Positions 12,061 to 22,069 of a DNA stretch of 52,220 nt are shown here, piece by piece. Position 1 is the stretch's first letter. Every line of letters begins with the position of its first letter. This stretch comes from Cirrosporium novae-zelandiae (taxonomy: Eukaryota): contig JAPETS010000077.1 of NCBI GenBank assembly GCA_026023565.1, positions 1 through 52,220 of the forward strand. Reading direction: 5' to 3'. The notes beneath the pieces are model-generated. The model did not search any database. It was not told where the DNA came from and saw only the letters and a program-made list of their open reading frames with translations. The position numbers and the translations under genes were made by a program.

Positions 12061-13383
12061 GGCGGTACGATTGCTGAGGAAAGTGGGCTTGTAGAGATGT
12101 TTGTTGGTTGTTGAGAAAGAGAAAGAGAATGTGGGGTTGGTTTTGAAGGGTTGGTGATGGGGATTTTTAGAGCTAGAAGGATGAGAACGCAAGGATCAGC
12201 ATTCAAACGATATCAAGTCATGCTTTGTGGTAAATTAAAGGATCTATATGGTTTTTGGATTCCGCTTGTTTTGATAAGAAATCAAATAGCCAGAACAGAT
12301 TACCCTTTTGAAGCAATTGAGAAAAAATTTGGGGTTTATCAAATCTTATGCGCAGTACCAGAAGAGCCCCGGGGTATCCGTGAACAGCTGGTTCATGAAG
12401 TAATAACAACAATCCCATTGCTTACCTTTTTAATGAAGTGAAAAAGGCGGTTGGTATACGCCGACGACAAGATCTAAATCCCAATGTCAGAAGTTGCTGC
12501 TGCATATTTACCAGCCGTTGGATGCCTTGTTTTTCGGTTGAGTTAGGGTTTTGTTGGATCTGCTGATCTCTGGGTAACCTCAAAAGCAAAAAAGGAGTTT
12601 GGGAGGACTCAGCGGGGTTTTGACTCTCCAGGTCTCCAATCCAATGAAATTTTACCGGAGCGGGAAATCGGGGATTCACGGGAGATTCAAGGGATAGCAG
12701 CCGAGGCTCGTGGTCCGTGGCTGAGACGGATGGAAATGAGACATGACTTCTCTTGGCGGAGAAAGCCACCCACCGCCAGTTACATAGTGTGCATGGCAAG
12801 CCTTGAAAATCACCAAGTCAGAAACCAATTCTGCATGCGAGCCCGTGAGAGCCAAGTCGCAAACCCTTGGAGCCCCATGGCAAGCCTGAATTACCGCCTG
12901 ACAACTACTAAGTAGAGCTTTGCATAGAACATGACGATTGCTTTGGATTATCCACTTCCTCAGGCTGACATCCCCCCTGCTTCTGAAGCTTGAAGCCCTG
13001 CCGACTTCCATTTTCAGCTTCTGCCAGGTCATCTTCAAGCCTAAATATTGCTTTTTATACTTTGGTCCATTTCATTTCGTTATTGCCCAAGTTCTTCCAA
13101 CTTGCGAGCCGCTTTTCCTCTGTTTCACCGTTGCCCAGTGCTCCAGTGCTCCATCTAAAAAGCTTATAACAATAGCTTGCTGACAGTGGCTTGGCCTGTG
13201 GAGCGAGATTACTTCCTCCCAACGCTCTCGCAGGAATTACCTGGTTTATTATATTCTCTCCAACCTCCCTTGGCTTGGTTCTTTAACTACTTTTGCTTCC
13301 TCCAAAGGTATGTAAGTTAGATGCAGTTGCCCATCCTCCTTAAACACCGCTCAATGCTCTGAGACTGACGACCCCCTCAAGCC

Positions 13384-14899
13384 ATGGCTCGAACAGAACG
13401 ATCCCGATCCCGTAGGAGCTCCAACCATAGGAGCTCTCGTCGGAGCTCCCGTCGTCCCTCCAGATCTGAAAAACGTCCTCGTCGATATGAGCTACCACAA
13501 TATAACCACAATGGCCATGAAGTTACAAAGGGTATCCACCCCGATGGAGAAAGTGGACGAAGGGGAATACATCCTGTGGAATTTGTGAGAATATCTTTTC
13601 GGAGTGGCAATCGTGTTTCGATGGCCGTGAATATTCTTTGGCCATTTGTTCCAGCAGCAATTGCTTTGTATTTTGGTACGGAGAACCACTTGTGGATCTT
13701 TATCCTCAATTATATCGCCATGGTACCAACGGCAAATTTGGTTGGATTTGCGGGCCAGGAATTGGCACGAAAGCTTCCTAAAGTCATTGGCATCCTCCTG
13801 GAAACCACGTTAAGCTCTGTCGTGGAAATCATTCTTCTCATCGTTCTACTCAAAGACGACAGTGGTACCGATATGACTCCTATCATTCAAGCGGCCATAT
13901 TAGGTTCCATCCTGGCTAACCTACTATTCTGCTTGGGGCTTGTATTCTTCGTTGGAGGTTTGCGCCGAGAAGAACAAGAATTTCATGGAAACGTCAGCGA
14001 AGTCGGCAGTGGATTGCTGCTAGTTGCTGGCTTTGGCCTATTGATTCCTAGTGCCTACAGCGCAACCCTATCCGGGACACTTAGCACTGCCAAATTGGAG
14101 GAAAACGTCCTTACTATCAGTAGAGCTACAGCAGTCATTCTTCTCGTTGCTATGGGCGTGTAAGTCAACATCCCTCAAGCAACAGCCTTATTTCGGTGAA
14201 TATCTATTGACTCTGACTTAGATTTCTTTACTTCCAATTGCGGAGTCATCACAATATATTTGACGAGATTCTAGAAGCCGATGAGCTGAAGGATACAGAT
14301 CGCCATAAGGATTTGAAAAAGGACAAGCTCACACTTACCGAGGCTATTGTTGCCCTACTGATTGCTTTGGCCTTGGTGGCTATGCATGCTGTTTTCCTGG
14401 TGAAAGAAATTGATTTCATTGTGGAAGAACACGGTGTCAGCGAGAATTTCATGGGTCTAATCTTAGTTCCCCTAGTAGAAAAAGCAGCAGAACATCTTAC
14501 AGCCATTGATGAGGCTTGGGATAACCAGATGGTATGCTTCTACGGATTTTTTCAGATCTTTAATTGTATCCAGCTAACCTATTATAGAATTTCGCACTCT
14601 ACCATTGTCTCGGCCCTTCAATCCAAACAGCTCTTCTAAACGCTCCTCTGGTCGTCATATGCGGATGGGGTCTGAATATCGATATGAATCTCAACTTCTC
14701 CATCTTCATGGTTTCTCTCCTCGTGCTCGCTATCCTTGTGGTAGGAAACTTCCTCCGAGATGGGAAATCGAACTACCTGGAAGGTGCTCTCTGCGTACTC
14801 GTTTATGTCATTATCGGCGTCTCTGCTTGGTATTACCCCAGCGACAAAGAGCTAGCAGAGAGTCTCGGCAGTTCAGAGGAACGACTGATTAAACTATGA
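13384..14899 (+). CDS. Ca2+/H+ exchanger (CAX/Vcx1-like, Na_Ca_ex family) membrane protein (~465 aa); exons 13384-14159, 14222-14531, 14588-14899
   Basis: Many hydrophobic helices plus QAAILGSILANLL, FLYFQLRSH, GLILVPLVEKAAEH, GPSIQTALL and DGKSNYLEG, all typical of fungal CAX proteins. A probable 5'-UTR intron lies at 13308-13381 (GTATGT..CTGAC..AAG). Confidence 0.92.
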
Positions 14900-16361
14900 T
14901 ACAGCTTCGTCAATTTGTCTACTAGCATTGTGGTAATAACGACATGGGTTTGATTGGTGAGTGTATTGAGCGTAGCATACGAGGAGTTCTCTTTTACGAA
15001 AACTATATTATTTGTATCTATATCTTAGATTTTATGACCTATATGAATGTTGTTCTTCAGGACGAAAAAAAAAAAAACTGGAGAAGAAAATACAATATTG
15101 TTCTCTCTCCATAACTACGCAGATCATATCCGCATCCAATATCTCATTACCACTCTTAAATTTTATATCATAAATATTTCTCAGAGCAATAAGCAGTAAG
15201 CCCAAGATGGCTCAATAATTTAACCTTAAAGCGTCTTGTTTACCAAGTCGACTGCAAAGTATTTGTTTACAGGGGAGTCCTTGGTATAGAATAAAACTTC
15301 TTCATGTAATAACGGGGGGGGGGAGGTAGCGGTCTGGATCAGAAAAGGTCCACATGGAATCTTATCTTCAGCAATGAAGCAACAAACTAAAACATTCCTT
15401 CAGGTGGTTCAAAATCCATGTAAAGCTGAACCTAACTCCTGTGGGTCTCGGAATGGTTTCCACGATAGAAAAAGTGAACGTAATAGACTAACCCCACTAC
15501 TATCCAAATGACCTCCCTCAAAAAAAAAAAAAACTCAAAAAGATTAAACATGATTCGACTGAGGCTCGATCTCAGGACCTTCTGTGTACAAGACCAATTG
15601 GATGTTAGACAGATGTGATAACCAACTACACCATCGAATCTGTTTTTTCTGGCGAGTGAGAGAGAGAGGTGGATCACCCCCTTCTTTGCTTCGTTGGAGA
15701 TGGAGAAATCTTACGTTGCTTATATTGTAAGTACTGTAAGCGTAACTATTTGTTACGACCTTTCGGAGTTTAAGGGGGGTTGGATTTGCCTGTTCATTTG
15801 ACTTGGGCGATTAGAGGAGTTCTGTGCGTCATTTTTTTTTTTTGTGTGTGTGTGGGAAAATGATAAGTGAGGACCAACCACTCACTTACTTGGCTATCAG
15901 TATCTATTAATTAGACCAGTAGACTAAAATCGATATTTTATACCAAAAATTCTTCTTCAAAGGCTTTCTTTTCTTATAATATAGTCTAATATTTAAAGTT
16001 GGAAATTACTGTGGAAGAGGTAATTATTCAAAATCTGGATTTTGTGGTAGTGGTAGTTGAATGTGTTTTTGACGTTTTTATAGATTTCAACTCCAACAAG
16101 AAGAAGGTCTAACTTTATATGGAGGTCTGGATATTGGATTTTTTTTTTCGATGAACTATCCTACGATGTATTAATTATGTTAACTTGTTTGTAGTATCAG
16201 AGTATCTAATTACCCATTGAGCGACGACTTACTGGCTCCATGTCCACTAGTCTATTCACACTGGCTGATCGACGTAGCTACATTATCCCTATTATGCAGG
16301 GCTTACGCAGATCCAGATCATTCTCTGAACATGAAAAGTTACCCCGCAGCAGCTCCTCCGT

Positions 16362-16370
16362 TATATAAAA
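16362..16370 (+). promoter_or_regulatory. TATA box of the methyltransferase gene
   Basis: TATATAAAA about 70 nt upstream of the ATG at 16433, followed by a CT-rich tract. Confidence 0.6.
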
Positions 16371-16432
16371 ATATACATATTCCACCTTTCCCTCACTTCT
16401 AAGGGCTTGAACATTCTTAAAATTCGCCTACC

Positions 16433-17269
16433 ATGTCTTCGACACACATTGAAGATATCCAAGCGGCCTACGGCTCCCGCGCCCAAGACTACAACAATTC
16501 CTGGCATATGCCTTATGCAGCTTCATTCGTAGATTGGGTTTCTCCAATCCCCGGCGATCATATCCTAGACTTGGCTTGTGGGACTGGTTTACTCACGTTG
16601 GCTGCTAAAAAGGTAGTTGGACCCGAGGGAAGAGTCATAGGTGTTGATGTTACACCGGGGATGCTGGGAATTGCTAGAGCGGCAGCCAAGAAGGAGAATG
16701 TCGACGTGAAGTTCATTGAACATGACATTACAGATCTAGAGAGCATTGAAGGAGATTGGATCCCCAAGGGGGGGTTCGATATCATCATGTGTGCAAACGC
16801 GCTGGTCTTGTTACCTGACCCGTTCTCAGCGATGAAGAAGTGGGCGAAGTTGCTGAAACCAGGTGGGAGGGTTGCAGTTGATGTACCTACGGAGGATACC
16901 ATGGTGGCAGGACTCGTTCTTGAGGAAGTCGGGAAAGAGTTGAGTATCCCGCCACCGAGCCATAGGCTGTGGGTGACAGACCAAACATCCGTGGAGAAGC
17001 TTTTTGAGGATACGGGGTTGGAGGTTGAAAGGGTTTGGAGGCAAGATGGATTTGGGGAGTCGAACATGCTCGATGCGGAACAAGGGGGGGACCTCTTTGA
17101 GAAGTTTGCAAATTCCCCGCATTGGAAGCGTTTTACGTCCAGAGAGGCGAGGGATAAGGCGAAGGAGCTATTTATTGAACATTTTAAAAGGAGGGTAGGG
17201 TCTGATAGTAAGGTATATGACGGGTTCGGGTTGTACGTTGGTATTGGGCGCAAGCCTCTGGGCGCCTAA
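16433..17269 (+). CDS. Class I SAM-dependent methyltransferase (UbiE-like), 278 aa, intronless
   Basis: Motif I ILDLACGTG, post-I VIGVDVT, motif II FDIIMC and motif III LKPGGRV. Confidence 0.93.
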   Translation: MSSTHIEDIQAAYGSRAQDYNNSWHMPYAASFVDWVSPIPGDHILDLACGTGLLTLAAKKVVGPEGRVIGVDVTPGMLGIARAAAKKENVDVKFIEHDITDLESIEGDWIPKGGFDIIMCANALVLLPDPFSAMKKWAKLLKPGGRVAVDVPTEDTMVAGLVLEEVGKELSIPPPSHRLWVTDQTSVEKLFEDTGLEVERVWRQDGFGESNMLDAEQGGDLFEKFANSPHWKRFTSREARDKAKELFIEHFKRRVGSDSKVYDGFGLYVGIGRKPLGA

Positions 17270-17775
17270 GTAAGCTGAAAACTTGGGTTATAATTCAAGA
17301 AGGGAGATATGATCCCAAAGGGCTCGTTCTGGTGAATCATGGGGTCGGGGGTGTCCGTCAGCCGTGGCCAGATAGATGTCTCAAAGAACGTCATATTCAT
17401 CCAAACGGCCCAATGGAAATGGAGATGAGCCGGTTTTGGTTTTCAGCCCAGTATGAGCAATGACAACTCCTCGACAGCCACAATCGGGGGTGTGAAATTT
17501 GGCAACACCTATCATAAATAAGGGGATGACAATAACGATGATAGCATCACACGTCCTTCACGATAGAACATCTTCTATCTCCAATGTTCTCAGAGTAACC
17601 CCCGTCGTCATCCAGTGACCACCACCAAGCTCAAACCGAAACATACAACCTCAATAAAAGTCTTAAAGCAAACGAAACAACACAAACTCCATCCCTAGAT
17701 CCTCGAATACACAAACCAGCAAGCACCAAAAACATCCACCCCACCCCATCCTACCCCACCCTCCCAAACGGCACC

Positions 17776-17782
17776 AAAAAAA
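17776..17782 (-). terminator. RNA polymerase III T-tract terminator of the 5S gene
   Basis: T7 run on the minus strand at the 5S 3' end. Confidence 0.8.
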
Positions 17783-17900
17783 CATACAACAGTTGGTATT
17801 CGCTGGTCGTCACCGACCCAACTACTAACCAACCGGTCTCAAGTTTATGTATGGCAGAGCGGACGGGATGCCCAGTTCTCTTGAGCCTGTGGTCGTATGT
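17782..17900 (-). rRNA. Dispersed 5S rRNA gene (119 nt)
   Basis: Minus strand reads ACATACGACCACAGGCTCAAGAGAACTGGGCATCCCGTCCGCTCTGCC...TAGTAGTTGGGTCGGTGACGACCAGCGAATACCAACTGTTGTATGT. It has the terminal helix, the conserved ATCCCGTCCGCTCT loop and the internal control region typical of Pezizomycotina 5S. A TATATATA element lies at about -24 to -31 (17924-17931). Confidence 0.97.
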
Positions 17901-18311
17901 ATTCGTATCTGCTGTGGGATGGGTATATATATGCAATGGTTATCTTTATGGAGAGTTTTGGGGGGGAGGGGGGAGTGAGGAAGTAAATAAGTAAAGGGGG
18001 GATTTTGAGTTTGAATATATATGTAATATATGCGCACACGCACTCTCAAGGCGATTAAAAGACCTTTCCTTTTTTCTTTTCTTTTTTTAAAAAAGAGTAG
18101 AGGTTAAGGGGGTTTTTTGTGTAACACAAGTTACCCAGAAGTTAGTCACCCACCAAAAATCTAACTTCCTGAATCACCAACACATTTTATTAATTTTAAC
18201 AATTGGAGTGAGTTATTTGGAGATTTTGATATTTTTGATTTATTTTGTTTCATATTTTTGATTGTTGATGCGTGTGTAAAATTGTGATTGTGAGGTGTGT
18301 ACTGATTATTG

Positions 18312-18571
18312 ATTGAGATTAGGATTGAGGTTTACATTGAGGCTCTGATTAGGGCTCTGAGGCTATGACTGAGGCCCTGACTGAGTTTCCAACTGAGATT
18401 GCAACTGAGACTCTGGCTGAGGCTTTGACTAAGTTCCCTGATTGAACTTGTAACTGAGGCTCATATCGAGCTTGCAACTGAGGCTTGCACCCGAGTTTGT
18501 ATTGAGCTTCTGACCGGACTTCTCCTGAGGTTCCAACTGGATTTGCAATTGAGGCTCGCATTAACAACTCC
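18312..18571. repeat. Degenerate 12-bp-period minisatellite, ~22 units (AYTGAG-N6)
   Basis: Units attgagattagg, attgaggtttac, attgaggctctg, actgaggccctg, actgagtttcca, actgagattgca, actgagactctg ... attgaggctcgc, with occasional indels. Confidence 0.8.
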
Positions 18572-18599
18572 CGGTCGCTGACCAGCTCTAGGTCACTTA

Positions 18600-19084
18600 T
18601 GTTAGAATAGTAAGGTTAGGCCTTTAAACTTAGGCTAGAGGGGCTATCCCTCCTCACCACCTCAAGTTAAAAGCAACCCCGTCAGAGAGCGCTGGGGGCT
18701 AAGGGGACCACAGTCGCGGGCCTTAAACCCCCTAAGCGACGTCCGTCATAGCCCAAGAGCGTCACATAGACCTAATGAAATGAATCGTCATCATCATCAC
18801 AACAGAATTATTGAATTCAAAAAAGCATTGTCATCTACCCAGGTAGCTATCAAAGAAAAGGCCTTGTTAAGAAGGCCCTTAGGTTTCCTCGGGCCCCTGC
18901 TATTGAAAAGGGCCTTCGCTGAGCCGTCCCGGCAGCCTAGTTGATAGGAATAGTAGGGTTATAGCCTTGCTCTGCCATGATAGAATATTAAGGAAACAAT
19001 TTGATTGTACATGTACCACAATGTAAGAAATAAAAATTGTAAAAAAATAAAACAAAGTTTTAACCACAGTAATTTTAACTAACA
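18600..19084. mobile_element. Possible degenerate (RIP-like) repeat relic or solo LTR
   Basis: Begins TGTTAG at 18600; possible ends ..CAACA at 18804 or CTAACA at 19084. Strong TpA excess over ApT in 18600-18780. No target-site duplication found. Confidence 0.25.
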
Positions 19085-19169
19085 TGAGGGATATTCGATG
19101 TCCAAGTAGATATATAACTCTCAGGGGAAAGAAACCAGAATCAACTTCTTGTTTCATTATGTGACTGAC

Positions 19170-19230
19170 GGTCTGGTCTGGTCTGGTCTGGTCTGGTCTG
19201 GTCTGGTCTGGTCTGGTCTGGTCTGGTCTG
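19170..19230. repeat. Perfect pentanucleotide microsatellite (GGTCT)12
   Basis: Read directly: gtctg x12 at 19171-19230. Confidence 0.97.
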
Positions 19231-19737
19231 TTCCTTTCACTGGTAAGTAATGAGCCTAACCTAAAACCAGGACCTTCTGCATAAAATTACCTCCGCTTAG
19301 ATACATTCGATAAAAAGACCTACATAATCCCCTCCAAGATCTGAACCATGTAATCTCTGCCCCAGACTCTCATGCTGCGTTATTACACCGGTCGAATAGT
19401 TTTCCACTGCAGAGCTAGGAGAAAAATGCCTGTTTACAGATTGTTGCACACTGCTAAGCCGTGATTGGATCGATGACCTACTTATTGGCAAATAGCTGAG
19501 CTCGTACCTTAGATTCCAGGTCTTGACATGCATATCCACGCCAGTTATGGATATCTCTCATCTTCTCACTCTAAAATAATCCAAGGGGCTAAATCTCTCG
19601 AGCTTTTTTGGTGGGGGGTTGTCGTTTAAGAAAATCTCCAGTTGATAGATAATAATGCTTAGTCTGTTCTAATTGGTTTTGAATCCATCTATTCTTTTAA
19701 TTCCCTCCCTCTATTCTTCCTGGGCCGCCTATATCTA

Positions 19738-21275
19738 TTAGCCCACCTGTGCTCCATTCCTCTCTCCAAACAACGAAAACCGCCCTAACAATCTACTCTT
19801 CGCATACCTTGGATATGGATAAAACCACTCCGGGGCCGTCCAAGCCAAAAACCCAAACACCCATATATACCCACATGCCCTCCCAACCCATCCCCCCCTT
19901 CCCCGATCCCCAACAACCTTCCCCCAGACCCACTGCACCAAACTCTCCATCCCAATCCCAAGAGCTTGCATGGAAAAGAATTTGAGAGAGCCCCATTGGT
20001 TTCTAGGGACGTTGTTAGCAGAGTCTGGGAGGAGGTGGATGAGGCCGGAGAGGAGAAAGGAGGTTAAGAAGGTGATGTAGCGGGTTGGGGTTTCGTTTCG
20101 AGGAAGGCGGAGGAGGGTGGTTGTCAGGAAGGTGGAGTTTTGGAGGAGAAGGGTTCGCATTGTTTGGTGCCAGGTTTTACTTTGGAGGAGTGGTCAGCAA
20201 GGGTGCCTTTTGATCTTTAGACGAGAGGGGGGTGGAATGGTCACAGGAAGGTTGTGGAAAATGGGAGGGGTCGTTTGATCCGACTTAATCTCTGTTCACT
20301 GGAGTATAGCTTTGGTAGCTTTGGAAGTTTGAAGGTCATTATGAGAGTCCTCGTACCATGTGATGATAGTCGAGGAAACTCTTAATATAACGACGTAGAG
20401 GGAAATAAAAAATCTTACCCCCATAATTGCTTCAACGTATATGTGTCTACCCAGCAGCTCAGTGAATGAAATAATGGCGGCCATTCCTTAGGCTCACTGA
20501 TCCCCAGTCCCACAAACAAAACCGCAAACCCTTCATGCATCAACATGTTCGTCGCAACAGTCGTAAACCAGTACGTGATAAAGCTGACGGTCCTCACAAT
20601 CAGCTCTTCTGCGCTCACTTCCCCCCACCTCGAAAATAGGTACTGTTTCTCATAAGAGAGATATCGGGCTTGCTCTTCCGGGACGCGCTGGCTTGTTACA
20701 GTATCCAGGAATAGCCATAGTAATATCAGGTGAACGGCACGGGAGGTCAGGAAACGAGACCGAGATGGCACGTAGCCAGGGTCCTTGGATGAAAACCGCG
20801 GAACATTTTTAATCTGCCACGGGGTTCCTAGGCGGCGTGGATTCAATGCCAAGTTCATTCCCCATCGGAACTTTTCCCAAGGACTTGCTTCATTTTCTTC
20901 TTCTTCGTTTTCTGCACCATCCATAATATCTCTGGTCCCATTTTGACCCGACTCATCCCTAACCTTTTCCTTCTTCCTCCCCAACTTATTATACCTCTCC
21001 GCCTTCTCCCAACTCACCCGCTCTAGACACAGTAACGCATGCGCATTCAATACGAATCCCCACACCAATGACAACACGACCCCTTCCCAGACTCCATTCC
21101 GCACCGGCGAGTAGGCGTCTGAGGTTAATGTGGTATGGAAAATGAGGACGAGGAATGAGAGGGCGAGGAAGGCGGGGTAGCGGAGCGGGATAGCGGTTGG
21201 CGGGGTGAAGGCGAGGGTGGAGGCGGTAAGGAGGAGAGCGGATAGGAGGGATGCTGGGGGGAGGAGGTAGGACAT
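19738..21275 (-). CDS. Membrane-bound O-acyltransferase (MBOAT_2/wax-synthase, TRI7-like), ~432 aa; exons 21275-20419, 20179-19738
   Basis: NPRRLGTPWQIKNVP, PKEWPPLF, YTLKQLWG|KTWHQTMR, FLLSGLIH (putative catalytic His), FFSMQALGI and GYIWV..WTAP match fungal TRI7-like acyltransferases. The 239-nt intron GTAAGA..GCTGAC..AAG joins the two ORFs in frame. Confidence 0.9.
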
Positions 21276-22069
21276 GGTAGGTTGATTGAGAGTGGAGTGG
21301 AGGTTGAGTTAATTAAGCTGGAAAATAGATGCATGTAATATCTATCTTGGATATTTATTAATAGCTTCCAATCGATTAGTTCCAGTCTTTTTTGTTTTTC
21401 TCTTTCTTCCTTCAGGAACAACCAGATAAGCGCAAGTAAACACTCTATGCCATCGATTATTCTATGCACGACTGTGTTTCTTGAGTTCGCACTACATGGT
21501 CAACCTGATTGATTAGATAGGGAACCCTAATGTATCAATATTTATTTTGATATACACCCAAGGGAAAAAGAGGAGTTTTGGTCTCATAGATTCCGTTAGA
21601 ATAAATGGGAAGTAATGTGGTTAGTTTTTGTAGAATTCAAAGGAAAGGTGGGTGGGTGGGTGGGTAATGTATTTGCGTATTCCGTATGTTTACCGTACAG
21701 TGTAGTCTATAGCCGCGCGGGAAATGCTGGTATTATTACGACAGTAATTACATACCTTAATAACCATGTAAATATCTACCCAAAGCCGGCGTTTACACTT
21801 TTATAACTAACTTTCAATGACCATTTCCATCGAATTATTTTTGTTTTTCCACTTACCTAGGTAACCACCTTGGAGATGATCATGGGACCTCTACCAGAAT
21901 ACGTGTAAGGACATATACATATAAGAAAGTGTTTCCACCAATAATCGAATAGAGTTGAGAATTTTATTTACAGCCTAGAATTTATGTTCTATACTGATGT
22001 TTGCGCACTTACTATAGGTAGGGTCATGCTCGGAGTAGGCAATGTTTCTCGCTATCAAAGGCAAGCCAT

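Noticed and set aside
14888..14899. CAX C-terminus -IKL as a peroxisomal PTS1
   Set aside because: Not a canonical (S/A/C)(K/R/H)(L/M) signal, and the protein is a polytopic membrane transporter.
16558..17253. 231-aa antisense ORF
   Set aside because: Shadow of the methyltransferase codons on the opposite strand.
17782..17900. Starship insertion in 5S rDNA
   Set aside because: The 5S gene is full-length and uninterrupted, and no DUF3435 tyrosine recombinase is visible in the window.
17751..18049. Three small minus-strand ORFs
   Set aside because: They overlap the 5S rRNA gene and are spurious translations.
18312..18571. CRISPR-like repeat-spacer array
   Set aside because: Period is only 12 bp with a 6-bp constant part, the context is eukaryotic, and there are no cas genes.
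20360..20366. GTGATGA C-box suggesting a C/D snoRNA in the MBOAT intron
   Set aside because: It lies antisense to the host transcript and has no suitably placed D box or terminal stem.
20180..20419. Stwintron (nested intron) explanation for the long intron
   Set aside because: No internal branch point/acceptor regenerates a donor while preserving the reading frame; the same holds for the ADO1 intron.
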